A stretch of DNA of 64,000 nucleotides from a virus (Duplodnaviria > Heunggongvirae > Uroviricota > Caudoviricetes), in the IMG/VR virus record IMGVR_UViG_2854395284_000002, positions 27,638 to 91,637 of that record, one strand, 5' to 3'. A program made the position numbers and the translations under genes. A model generated the notes under the pieces. It ran no database searches. It had not been told where the DNA came from and was given only the letters and a program-made list of their open reading frames with translations. This document shows positions 28,830 to 38,051 of the stretch, one piece after another. The number at the start of each line of letters is the position of its first letter. Within the stretch, counting starts at the first letter, position 1.

Positions 28830-29188
28830 TTCACATCCATTTTCGCTCCACAGTTCGGACAGAAGTTTGATTTTACTTTCTGATTCGCATAATCAGACCT
28901 GTACACTTTCTTTCCGCATTCAGAACAATACACACCTGCATTACTATAATTATCTAAAACATTCCATTTACCATGTTTATAATGTTCCAAACATGAATGA
29001 CAAATCCATGGATCGTAAATTTTCCTGTCTTTTAATCTCATCCAACCGCATTCTTTTGGACTATACTTATCTTTCTTAGAATCCAAAACTTTGCCGCATA
29101 CATGACATCTACATTTATGTCTGCCATTTCTCCATCTTTTACCGTCTATGTTTATGATTTTATTTTCAATTCTGCAATACAACTTCAA
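28826..29188 (-). CDS. multi-zinc-ribbon protein
   Basis: 120 aa with four CxxC pairs. Confidence 0.4.
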   Translation of the reverse strand: MKLYCRIENKIINIDGKRWRNGRHKCRCHVCGKVLDSKKDKYSPKECGWMRLKDRKIYDPWICHSCLEHYKHGKWNVLDNYSNAGVYCSECGKKVYRSDYANQKVKSNFCPNCGAKMDVN

Positions 29189-29260
29189 AAAAGATGTTTC
29201 TGCTAAAACTAACTACCATATTTTATTCTCCATCAAAATAAACATTAACTGAATAGAACA

Positions 29261-29548
29261 TTATAATCTCCCCTCTTCTAGTAACTTAATTAACCATTTA
29301 GAAAATGAATACGTTGAAAATAACATAACAATCGCTAAGATAAAGAACCATTTATGTATCACTGGAATCAGCGCAACAGATATAATAATAGGAATAAAAT
29401 ATACTGATAATGTTATTTTGACCACATTGCCCGTTTTTCTAGCTGCATTCTTAAATGGTTTTGATTCTATAATCTTATTTAATCTCTCAAGCATAATTCT
29501 TCTAACAGATTCCAGCTTCTTCAGCTTCAAATTTTGCGACCGCATCAT
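29261..29548 (-). CDS. small membrane protein
   Basis: 95 aa with two hydrophobic helices. Confidence 0.35.
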   Translation of the reverse strand: MMRSQNLKLKKLESVRRIMLERLNKIIESKPFKNAARKTGNVVKITLSVYFIPIIISVALIPVIHKWFFILAIVMLFSTYSFSKWLIKLLEEGRL

Positions 29549-29927
29549 ATACGATTTTCTTTACAACATCTTTATCTTTAAAAATATTTCTATTGGATAA
29601 CGGCAATGTACCATCGTAACTTTTTAAATAGTTATGTTTAGATCTATTAATATTTGTTTTAATAGGTTTGTTGTCGTATACAATATCAAAAAATTTGATT
29701 CCATTTTCACGCATAATAAAATAAATACCGTAATGAACTTTTACATTTTTTAATTCTGCATTTTTGTAAATATCATATTCTTCTACACGCATATCCAAAC
29801 AACCGTCATTGTCGTGTAAACAAATATATCTTTCTGCATCTTCACGATTGTCAAACACTTTTTCAATTGCGTAATCTGAATACGTTCCAGATGTAACAAT
29901 ATATACTTTATTCATTTCGCCCTTCAA
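29502..29927 (-). CDS. hypothetical protein
   Basis: 141 aa ORF. Confidence 0.4.
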   Translation of the reverse strand: MKGEMNKVYIVTSGTYSDYAIEKVFDNREDAERYICLHDNDGCLDMRVEEYDIYKNAELKNVKVHYGIYFIMRENGIKFFDIVYDNKPIKTNINRSKHNYLKSYDGTLPLSNRNIFKDKDVVKKIVYDAVAKFEAEEAGIC

Positions 29928-30537
29928 CCTTTCTTACAAATATTTGATCTTTTTTAATTTCTTCCCATGTTCTAGGGCAATAATTGATCCAACCCATCAT
30001 TGCACCAACGTTATAAGCATAAGGAAGGTTTTTGAATTTCTTCACTTCTTTATTCTCTATATTTAATTGTCTTACTTTATATCTGAGTTTTTCCAGAGAA
30101 TCCTGATAGATAGTGTCATCGAAATTACCATGTGTATGACCATAAAGAAGAACTGTATCTTTATAACAACCATTCCACGAGAAGATAGGATAATGAGAAA
30201 GCACAAGTTTTTGATTAATACCATTGTAATTATCAGTAAGTTCAAAATAATCAACCACAGTTTCAAATAACTGTTTTACCCTATAATCTTTCAATCCTGA
30301 CTCATCATGATTTCCGACCACTAAAATTTTTTTAGATTTGAGTCTTGAAATGACAGAACATAAATATTCATTATCTTTATTATTGCCACATCTACCAATA
30401 TCTCCTAAAATGAATGTTGTATCATTATTATTGACAACAGAATTCCAATTCTTCACAAGAATCTCATCATGCTCCAATGTACGATGCTCAAAAGAATTCG
30501 TACATCCTATGTGTAAATCTGCAATATATCTATACAT
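29908..30537 (-). CDS. calcineurin-like metallophosphoesterase
   Basis: 209 aa. Motifs ADLHIG, GDIG, GNHD and GHTH. Confidence 0.7.
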   Translation of the reverse strand: MYRYIADLHIGCTNSFEHRTLEHDEILVKNWNSVVNNNDTTFILGDIGRCGNNKDNEYLCSVISRLKSKKILVVGNHDESGLKDYRVKQLFETVVDYFELTDNYNGINQKLVLSHYPIFSWNGCYKDTVLLYGHTHGNFDDTIYQDSLEKLRYKVRQLNIENKEVKKFKNLPYAYNVGAMMGWINYCPRTWEEIKKDQIFVRKVEGRNE

Positions 30538-30830
30538 TACTTTTCTCCATTAATTCTTTGCAGACATGTATTAAAACCTGCTGTCCAACCACGATCGAAA
30601 CTACAAAGATCTTCATCTCCGTTTTCTTCTTTTGGTAGTTCCTTTAATGGACACCATTCTGGTTTATTGTTACAATAACCATTTTCACAGATAATTTCTT
30701 TACATAAACTTTTATCTTCCTCGTCTGCTGTCACAGAACAGCAAGCTTCAATTCCTTCATCTAATTCGAAACAAAACATACAGTCTAAACATGTTTTAGG
30801 TGTATCCATTATTAATACTGATTTATCCAT
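30537..30830 (-). CDS. hypothetical Cys-rich protein
   Basis: 97 aa with 10 Cys. Confidence 0.4.
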   Translation of the reverse strand: MDKSVLIMDTPKTCLDCMFCFELDEGIEACCSVTADEEDKSLCKEIICENGYCNNKPEWCPLKELPKEENGDEDLCSFDRGWTAGFNTCLQRINGEK

Positions 30831-30843
30831 ATTATGTTCTCCC

Positions 30844-31506
30844 TCAATTCAATAATTCTTTGTCAATAATCTGGAAGTTAGCTCTATGAATATATAATGC
30901 TTTTCCGTCGATCATTAATTTTGTCGTTTTCGGCAGATCTTCACATACTTCATAATACACACTATCACCAGAATAGGCACAAATCGGATCACCAAGTTGA
31001 GACTGGATGACGACCACACGAGCTTTCCCAAAATAATTCTTAAATCTATTGACAACGCTTGCAATGATAACATTCTCTCCAAGACTACCATCGGTTTTAC
31101 TATTAATTACTTCTGGACTTTGAAAATCCACATCAGGATTTAGTCCTTTTTCCGCAAAAATCATTGTAGTTCCACAGTTCTCCACTTCTTTGCCATCAAT
31201 TGTGACCGTAACTACGCTGGACAATTTTTTCGTATACCCCCAACTGCCATCTGAATACGTTTCTTCTTCTACAATATTGGAATCCAGGTCAATTTTCTGT
31301 CCACTCATATCCATGAACTTTTCACCTTCATTCGTATAGAACGAAGCATTATATGTATTACCCGTGATGGAACCATTGAGATCGTTTACTTCGCTATTCA
31401 ACCCTTCACATCCAGTAAGGCATGATACCGCAAGTGCTGCCATTAGAATTCCTGCTACTAATTTTTTCTTCATATGTATTTTCTCCTTTATTTTTATAAA
31501 TGTCAC
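30844..31506 (-). CDS. lipoprotein
   Basis: 220 aa. Signal peptide and lipobox LAVSCLTGC. Confidence 0.55.
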   Translation of the reverse strand: MTFIKIKEKIHMKKKLVAGILMAALAVSCLTGCEGLNSEVNDLNGSITGNTYNASFYTNEGEKFMDMSGQKIDLDSNIVEEETYSDGSWGYTKKLSSVVTVTIDGKEVENCGTTMIFAEKGLNPDVDFQSPEVINSKTDGSLGENVIIASVVNRFKNYFGKARVVVIQSQLGDPICAYSGDSVYYEVCEDLPKTTKLMIDGKALYIHRANFQIIDKELLN

Positions 31507-31537
31507 CCGTAGCTATGACACCACGGATGACAAAATA

Positions 31538-32422
31538 TTATTCTCCAATACTTACGATAGGAGTATTACTTCCCTGTACCTGTGGAACCTCGCCGCTCCA
31601 CTTTTCAATCTTCTGCTTTTCAATAAGCTCTGGAGTAAGAGATTCTGCAATCTTTTTATTCGCTTCGGCTTCCGCCTCTGCTTTAATCCTTGTTGCTTCC
31701 GCTTCACCTTCAGCCTGGATCTTCTTCTGTTCAGCTTCAATTGTGGCTTTTTCTTTTTCCTGTTCTGCAGCAATAAGTGCTACTTCTTTATCCTTATCAG
31801 CCTGTACCTTTGCAGTTTTGGCTTCAATGTTAGCCAGCTCAAGTTCCTGCTGTGCAGTTACTTTTCTCTGAATCGCTGCTGATGTTTCAGAATCGGTTAC
31901 AATATTGGTGAAATTTGCTGTGTCAATAATGATACCGTATGGCTCAAATTTCTGTTTCATATATACGTCAAGAGCTTCATTAAGTTCCTGACGTTTGTCT
32001 CCAAATACATCCGTAACAGGGAATTTTGCAGTAACTTCCTGCGTCCAAGCTCTCATTTTAGGCTTGATAAACGTATTCTTCACCGTCTCACCAGACTGAA
32101 CTTTAAACATTGTAAAAGTTTTAGTAATTCTATCTGGATCAAATTTGTAAGAGAACTCAAGATCTACAGTAAGAGATTTTCCGTCAGATGTTGGTGTAGA
32201 AAAACTCTCATCTTTTGGAGAATCTCCCTTATCTTCGGATGTAAGGTATGACTGCTCAATACCAACCGAATATGTAGTTACTTTTTTCGTAGGAGATACA
32301 AAATGCCATCCCTGTGTCAGCACCTGATCAGAAATTCCGCCTGAGAAGTTATACACAACTCCTACATATCCTGCTGGCACTCTCTCCATACATTTGATGC
32401 CTACAATTAGTCCTGCAGCCAA
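31538..32422 (-). CDS. SPFH/band-7 (stomatin/HflC-like) domain membrane protein
   Basis: 294 aa. N-terminal TM, an SPFH core (VPAGYVGVV...QGWHFV), and a C-terminal Ala/Glu-rich coiled coil. Confidence 0.7.
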   Translation of the reverse strand: MAAGLIVGIKCMERVPAGYVGVVYNFSGGISDQVLTQGWHFVSPTKKVTTYSVGIEQSYLTSEDKGDSPKDESFSTPTSDGKSLTVDLEFSYKFDPDRITKTFTMFKVQSGETVKNTFIKPKMRAWTQEVTAKFPVTDVFGDKRQELNEALDVYMKQKFEPYGIIIDTANFTNIVTDSETSAAIQRKVTAQQELELANIEAKTAKVQADKDKEVALIAAEQEKEKATIEAEQKKIQAEGEAEATRIKAEAEAEANKKIAESLTPELIEKQKIEKWSGEVPQVQGSNTPIVSIGE

Positions 32423-32445
32423 TACTACTCCTAAAACAATTCCAC

Positions 32446-32631
32446 CTAATTTACCGTTTTTTCATTTTTCTTCTTCTCCTTTTCTTTGTGTTTGTCTTCC
32501 TCTTCCATTGCTTCCAATGTGTCGTCTATAATATGAAGCAGGAATTTTCCCAATGGCTGGAACAGAAAAGTCAACAGAAACCATAAAATTACTGTAACTA
32601 ATACTGCTCCAAGGATCAAAATTGGATTCAC
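32446..32631 (-). CDS. small single-TM protein with Lys/Glu-rich tail
   Basis: 61 aa ORF immediately upstream of the SPFH gene. Confidence 0.4.
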   Translation of the reverse strand: MNPILILGAVLVTVILWFLLTFLFQPLGKFLLHIIDDTLEAMEEEDKHKEKEKKKNEKTVN

Positions 32632-32677
32632 ATCATCACCTCCTCGAATATTTATTCTTTCCTGTGAAAGACATATT

Positions 32678-32908
32678 TCATCCGACTGCTCCGAACACGG
32701 TCATATCTATATATACCGGTTCTTCAGGATGATAACCTTTAGATATCTCGTCTTCATATTTATTCTTCAGTCTTGTGTTTTTCTTTTCTGCATATTCTCG
32801 CATTTCTGCAATCGTTTCATTATCATATTCTGTATGATTATAGATATAATTATTTATATTCTTTCTCTGGATCTTTTCCAACTTCTTTACAAAACTCCAG
32901 ATAATCAT
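32678..32908 (-). CDS. hypothetical protein (overlaps upstream ORF by 59 nt; start uncertain)
   Basis: 76 aa ORF in a different frame from 32850..33068. Confidence 0.3.
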   Translation of the reverse strand: MIIWSFVKKLEKIQRKNINNYIYNHTEYDNETIAEMREYAEKKNTRLKNKYEDEISKGYHPEEPVYIDMTVFGAVG

Positions 32909-33068
32909 CTACCGCAGAATGAAACTCAACTTCAATGCTAGAAATGTCCCCAGCTTCAAAGTCAACATAATCATTAATTCCCTCTATTTTTCCTCTTAGA
33001 GTCATCGATTCCGCATCAAATTCAATTTTTGTATGATAACCATTATACTCCATCATATTGTTCATCAT
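32850..33068 (-). CDS. HicB-like antitoxin N-terminal domain protein
   Basis: 72 aa. YNGYHTKIEFDAESMTLRGKIEGINDYVDFEAGDISSIEVEFHSAVDDYLEFCKEVGKDPEKEY closely follows the HicB/DUF1902 pattern (YKGY.G.VEFD.ED..L.GKV.GI.D....EG.T..EL...F...VDDYLE.C...G..P). Confidence 0.5.
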   Translation of the reverse strand: MMNNMMEYNGYHTKIEFDAESMTLRGKIEGINDYVDFEAGDISSIEVEFHSAVDDYLEFCKEVGKDPEKEYK

Positions 33069-33102
33069 AATTCACCCATCTCCTCTAAACGAGTTCCTCA
33101 AT

Positions 33103-33486
33103 TTAATACGCATAGTCATAAGATAAATAATATCCTTGATCAGATAGCTTTTTAAACCATTCAATGCGAGATCTCATATTAACATTATCTACCTCGCTTC
33201 CGTCTAAAATTCTCTGGCAAATCTCAGTCATCGCTTTTGGATCAATCAAATGTAAGTCCTGATCTTCTGATTCGAGCCATTTTCCTTGTATAATAGATAT
33301 TCTCTTTCCACTATATTTTTCGATCAAATCTTGTACCAATCCAATATTATATCCAGAATATGATGTGCTACCTCCACCAATATATTCGATATCTGAATCA
33401 TCGTAATCAAACATTGTAGTTCCTTTATGGATATGTATTTTGTACGATTTGAACCAATTAAATCCTACTGACATCTTTATACCCAT
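33103..33486 (-). CDS. hypothetical protein
   Basis: 127 aa ORF. Confidence 0.4.
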   Translation of the reverse strand: MGIKMSVGFNWFKSYKIHIHKGTTMFDYDDSDIEYIGGGSTSYSGYNIGLVQDLIEKYSGKRISIIQGKWLESEDQDLHLIDPKAMTEICQRILDGSEVDNVNMRSRIEWFKKLSDQGYYLSYDYAY

Positions 33487-33789
33487 TTACTTATTTTCCC
33501 ACATATATGTAAGAAAATTATTCTTATTATCATCTTTTTTAAATTCCATATTATAATTTAAGCATTCAATAGATATTTTCTTTTTTATTTCATTCCTCAT
33601 TTTTTTGATATTCAATTCTTCCCATTTATCTATAGTGATTGCTGCATCATGACAATTTGTAATATCGATTTGTATTTCACTTTCTTCACCTGTTTTAACG
33701 TCTTTTATAGTTGTGTATAATACAATTTTATCTATATCTTTAATTATCAAATTTTCTAATTCTTCTTTATTTGCGACCGTTTTTAACAT
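33487..33789 (-). CDS. hypothetical protein
   Basis: 100 aa ORF. Confidence 0.4.
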   Translation of the reverse strand: MLKTVANKEELENLIIKDIDKIVLYTTIKDVKTGEESEIQIDITNCHDAAITIDKWEELNIKKMRNEIKKKISIECLNYNMEFKKDDNKNNFLTYMWENK

Positions 33790-33793
33790 ATAA

Positions 33794-34300
33794 TTAACCC
33801 TCTAATACTTCTTTAGGACAATACACAATCTGTTTACCAGCCTTTTGCGCTTTGCGAATCGTAGACCATACACCACCAGATTTTTTACCATCCCAAATTG
33901 CCAACAATACATCACAGTGGTCAACCATATATTGATCTCTTGCATTGTCGCAACCTTTGTAAAATTCATCAGATAATTCAATCCATTCGTCTGCATATTT
34001 TTTCATGTCATCATATAATGCATGTGACGAATTATAATCTTTACATGGTAGAACACAATGCAATCGCAACGGAATGATTTCGTACACCTTCACTAACATA
34101 GCTACTGTTCCAAATGCAAAATCGCTTCCTGAAGCCATACCACAATAGGTATCTAAATTCTCTCTCTCCAAATAACAAACTTCATACATTTTAAAGAGCT
34201 GTTTTACAATCCATTCTTCAATCTTTTCCCAAGCATCATCCGCTTCGTTTTCTGGAAGTCCAAGTCTTTCAGATCTATGTCCTGTTAATGCTACTTTCAT
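33794..34300 (-). CDS. SLOG-fold protein, YpsA/DUF1273-like (tentative)
   Basis: Likely start MKVALTGHRSERLG (internal Met of the listed 193-aa ORF). Contains GMASGSDFAFG, resembling YpsA N-terminal MKxLxITGYK and the Rossmann-like glycine loop. Confidence 0.4.
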   Translation of the reverse strand: MKVALTGHRSERLGLPENEADDAWEKIEEWIVKQLFKMYEVCYLERENLDTYCGMASGSDFAFGTVAMLVKVYEIIPLRLHCVLPCKDYNSSHALYDDMKKYADEWIELSDEFYKGCDNARDQYMVDHCDVLLAIWDGKKSGGVWSTIRKAQKAGKQIVYCPKEVLEG

Positions 34301-34313
34301 ATATTTTCTCCAA

Positions 34314-35414
34314 TTATAGTTCATAAATATCATTTCTTGTTTCACCGTCAGAATAATAAATATTCCATTCGTCAAATAATTCTTCTAACAATTTCATATC
34401 AACCGAATATTCATTACCGTGTGTGATAGCAATTGATTTCTTATCTCCGAATGTTCCAACATCTTTTTCACATCTATCGTATAATTCTTTTAAGTCTAAC
34501 ATTCCATATCTTAATGTATCCTGATGCGGATTTGGAATATTTGTTTTATCAAACATGTACGGATTGATTAAATATTTGTCGCATTCGCTAGGAAATTTTC
34601 CTGCTCCATGTCTTGTTAAATATGTACGAGATACATAACAGGTTTCAATATTGATATCATCAGCCCAGTTAGTATTTTCAATAATTTTCTTTGGATTTTT
34701 GATACCAGTATTTGATGGTGTAAGATGTGGAAAATAATCTGTATTATTCTGATCCAAAAGAAGCCCTTGTGCTGCTTCAAAGATAATATTATCAAAAACA
34801 TTTAAAAAATCATTTGTTTCCATTTCAACACTATGAATGTTCATAAAATCCCAGTCGTTCCAAAAATGATGAAAAATTCCATCGTCAAGAAATAACTTTT
34901 CCCACTTATAAGACAATGATATCTTCTCTTTTTCAAACTGCTTTATATAATAGTCTCTGATAGAAAAATTAACATTTATTACACCAGCTTTATATCTTTT
35001 TATTGTCTCAAAAATTCCAAGCCCACAGCTACCATGCTTGTCCTTTCCACGGCTTTCTTCAATGATCTGATTCGCCATCATATCCCAAGGTGTCGTAATC
35101 ATACAGTTTTTGTTGATATAAACTTCTGGTCGATATCCTAGATTGGTCAACTCATCATATTCCTGTTTGAAAATAATAGGATTTAAAATAAAATCTTCTG
35201 GCAGATATGTAGCTGCTCCATTAAATGTGCCAGATCCAAAATGATGAAAGACATGTCGAATGCCATCTGGTGACGTAACCGTATGTCCTCGTTGCGCTCC
35301 ACCATTAGAACATATAACAATACTATTTTTCTTTTGAGAAAAATAATTTGTTATCAACCCTTTTCCCTCGTCGCCAAACGATCCACCAATCACAATCTTA
35401 ATGTCTTTCATCAT
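34314..35414 (-). CDS. adenylosuccinate synthetase (PurA) family enzyme, short form; PurZ candidate
   Basis: 366 aa. IVIGGSFGDEGKGLITNYF (PurA P-loop GDEGKGK), NGGAQRGHTV (GGHNAGHT), FHHFGSG. It is about 60-70 aa shorter than canonical PurA. Confidence 0.7.
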   Translation of the reverse strand: MMKDIKIVIGGSFGDEGKGLITNYFSQKKNSIVICSNGGAQRGHTVTSPDGIRHVFHHFGSGTFNGAATYLPEDFILNPIIFKQEYDELTNLGYRPEVYINKNCMITTPWDMMANQIIEESRGKDKHGSCGLGIFETIKRYKAGVINVNFSIRDYYIKQFEKEKISLSYKWEKLFLDDGIFHHFWNDWDFMNIHSVEMETNDFLNVFDNIIFEAAQGLLLDQNNTDYFPHLTPSNTGIKNPKKIIENTNWADDINIETCYVSRTYLTRHGAGKFPSECDKYLINPYMFDKTNIPNPHQDTLRYGMLDLKELYDRCEKDVGTFGDKKSIAITHGNEYSVDMKLLEELFDEWNIYYSDGETRNDIYEL

Positions 35415-35427
35415 TTTGTCTCCTATT

Positions 35428-36309
35428 CTACCAAACGATTTCTCCAGAAGTAGAAATCATTACATTCGTATTTGTCTCATTATTTTCTACTTCACCAACA
35501 ATAATATCAACAATAGCATCTGCGATATTATTCATATTTACATTTCTAAAATGTTTATCATCCATATATTCTTTGAACGAATTTTCAATTGACTCCTGCC
35601 GATAATTATATCCGCCATGTTCAACATTGAGATGATAGAGATTGAATTTCTCCGATGTTTCTTTATACAAATCTCTTGTCTCTACATCTGCCTGTAAACT
35701 ATCCCCTGTAATACTTTTCATACTACATCTAAGGCCTTCTAAAGGAAGATATGGGTTAAGCATTTCGTCTCCCATGGTGATAATGATGCCTTTCCTATTG
35801 CGATTTAAACAATCGAGTTTTGTATGATGAAGACCAAAATACCATGCAGCAGTATAGGATTCAAATCTATTTCCGCCACCGCCAAATTCAAAATACAATT
35901 TATCAAGCTGCTCTGCGATTCTAATGTCAGACTCAAATTGAGACGCCTGGATCGGATATCTATCGTAAGCTAAATCTCCAATACCCATAATCATAAACTC
36001 AACATCTGCAATTTTCTCATACAGCTTTGTCATTACTTCATTTAACGTTTTAGATACTTCAACTGCTGCGTCGCCCATACTACCCGTAACGTCTAGCGCC
36101 AAGATAACAGGTAAAGTATTCGGGTGTTCTGCAGAATCACAGCACTCTCTAATTACATTCTTAGGATCTAAAGCATGATCAAGCGTTACTGCCTTAAACA
36201 TATCCTGGTTAGAATATAAACCTCTGATTTTACCATCGTCTGATACATCAAGACCTTTCGTTGCTGAATAACTTACAAAATCATCTGACTTCCAACTTCC
36301 GCATCCCAT
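35428..36309 (-). CDS. vWA-domain protein (second copy in window)
   Basis: 293 aa. MIDAS LALDVTGSMGD, and ITMGDE later. Confidence 0.65.
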   Translation of the reverse strand: MGCGSWKSDDFVSYSATKGLDVSDDGKIRGLYSNQDMFKAVTLDHALDPKNVIRECCDSAEHPNTLPVILALDVTGSMGDAAVEVSKTLNEVMTKLYEKIADVEFMIMGIGDLAYDRYPIQASQFESDIRIAEQLDKLYFEFGGGGNRFESYTAAWYFGLHHTKLDCLNRNRKGIIITMGDEMLNPYLPLEGLRCSMKSITGDSLQADVETRDLYKETSEKFNLYHLNVEHGGYNYRQESIENSFKEYMDDKHFRNVNMNNIADAIVDIIVGEVENNETNTNVMISTSGEIVW

Positions 36310-36311
36310 AA

Positions 36312-36938
36312 TTATTCTTCCTCCTCTGCTTCATCTGTATCATCTTCGTCACTCATATCAAAATCAAACATTCCATCAAACATTTCAGACATGCCGTTTC
36401 CTCCACCCATCATCATAAAAGGAAGCATTGAGCTCATATTACCAAATGTCATAGAACCATTTGTCCCATCGTTACCATTCATCATCTGAGAAAGCATCAT
36501 ATATTTAAAAATGTTATTTGTTCCTTTTTTACTCTTAAACATATCGTTTCCAAACATGGAAACAATTTTTCCATAAAAATATGTATTTCCCATAAATACA
36601 TGACGTTCTGGAAGAATCATATCTACCGCAGAGTCTTCATAATTAACGACTGTAATTTTATTTTTATCCGCTTCGATGACACACTTTGGTTTACCATTAA
36701 CAAGAATGATGTCCCCTTTTTCAACTTTGTTAGTTGGAATAACAAAGAAAAACTCTTCTCCGATGTCGAATACAAAGTTGTTACAATTTGTAAGTTTTCC
36801 TGTCTTTACGTTATAGGTTTTGTATCCAGTGCTTGTCTTAACAGCGATATCACCATTCATAGACAATCTGCACATTCCGTTTCCTACCTTGCCAAACATA
36901 CCATTTAAAAAATTGTTCATCATATTACTTTTCCTCAT
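36312..36938 (-). CDS. Met/Gly/Asn-rich protein with poly-acidic C-terminus
   Basis: 208 aa. Low-complexity GNGM/MMMGGGNGM segments and a tail DEDDTDEAEEEE. Translationally coupled to the vWA gene. Confidence 0.45.
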   Translation of the reverse strand: MRKSNMMNNFLNGMFGKVGNGMCRLSMNGDIAVKTSTGYKTYNVKTGKLTNCNNFVFDIGEEFFFVIPTNKVEKGDIILVNGKPKCVIEADKNKITVVNYEDSAVDMILPERHVFMGNTYFYGKIVSMFGNDMFKSKKGTNNIFKYMMLSQMMNGNDGTNGSMTFGNMSSMLPFMMMGGGNGMSEMFDGMFDFDMSDEDDTDEAEEEE

Positions 36939-36993
36939 AAAATTTTATTTGTTTTTATATTGTTCTCTCCTATGAAAACAACATTCTATCGGA

Positions 36994-37458
36994 TTATTTT
37001 CGATCTTCCAACGGAATAACCATGTCTATATTCTTTAGAATTTGCATGATATTCCAAGGTTTTCCAGTGAATTCCTTGTCTACATCAATAAATCTTTCTA
37101 CTAAATCTCTAATTGGAACTGTTTTATTTTCGTCAAGCATTTTCTTTTCGTAATACATATCACTTTCAGTGTTTTTGTATAATCCAGTTGATGCCAAATA
37201 CTCTATGATTTCTTGTTTTGTCATAGGCTCTTTATTTTCGTCGTCTTCTGTACTATTTTCATCTTCATTTATTTTTTCGATAAAATTTTGATACTTTTGA
37301 GCGATACCAAAGCATCTATTGCTTAATATGTTTGTTTCATTAAGGTGAGGCTTATATCCATTCTGCTCAAGATCCATAAGGATTTTATTCTGATTTCGTA
37401 ATACTCTGCTTAATGATTCAAACAATGTTTGTATTTCGTATTCTTCTAAATTTCTCAT
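36994..37458 (-). CDS. hypothetical protein
   Basis: 154 aa ORF. Confidence 0.4.
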   Translation of the reverse strand: MRNLEEYEIQTLFESLSRVLRNQNKILMDLEQNGYKPHLNETNILSNRCFGIAQKYQNFIEKINEDENSTEDDENKEPMTKQEIIEYLASTGLYKNTESDMYYEKKMLDENKTVPIRDLVERFIDVDKEFTGKPWNIMQILKNIDMVIPLEDRK

Positions 37459-37472
37459 GCCTTACCTCTTCC

Positions 37473-37673
37473 TTATGCTCCTGTATTTGCAATCAATACG
37501 ACCTGTTCTTGATCTAAATTTATTTTTTGCACCACAACGTCCGTAGCTTTTCGAAAATCATCAGAACTCCATCTTGCTTTTCTTTCTGCATATTTTTCGT
37601 CTTCTGCTATAACAACCATAGCGTAATCCTGACACCAACTTTTTCGCTTAATACTTACTAAATATACATTCAA
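37473..37673 (-). CDS. hypothetical small protein
   Basis: 66 aa ORF. Confidence 0.35.
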   Translation of the reverse strand: MNVYLVSIKRKSWCQDYAMVVIAEDEKYAERKARWSSDDFRKATDVVVQKINLDQEQVVLIANTGA

Positions 37674-37676
37674 AGT

Positions 37677-38024
37677 TTATTTTCCCTTTTCCTTACTATC
37701 AAAGATGTACTTTTGTTTGCAGCTGCCGTCTGAAGATCTTACAGGATTTTCTACCGTTTTCATACATCTGCAAAAGTATTTACATTTATTACATTCGCAA
37801 TTTTTATCGAACTTATGTTTTTTGTAATAGTTATTGCCCCAATTATTCTCTCTTTCAGTTAAATGCAAACACAATTCTTCAGAATATAAGCTATCAAATT
37901 TTTCCATAAATTTATCAATTGCTTTTTTATATTCAATAACACCAGCCATTTTCATGAAGTAATCTATATTAATCTTCTTTTCTGCTAAATATGATCTTAA
38001 ACATTCATCTTTTAATTTATCCAT
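37677..38024 (-). CDS. hypothetical Cys-rich protein
   Basis: 115 aa. CECNKCKYFCRC. Confidence 0.4.
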   Translation of the reverse strand: MDKLKDECLRSYLAEKKINIDYFMKMAGVIEYKKAIDKFMEKFDSLYSEELCLHLTERENNWGNNYYKKHKFDKNCECNKCKYFCRCMKTVENPVRSSDGSCKQKYIFDSKEKGK

Positions 38025-38051
38025 AAAAATTACTCCTTTGCAAGAACGATC

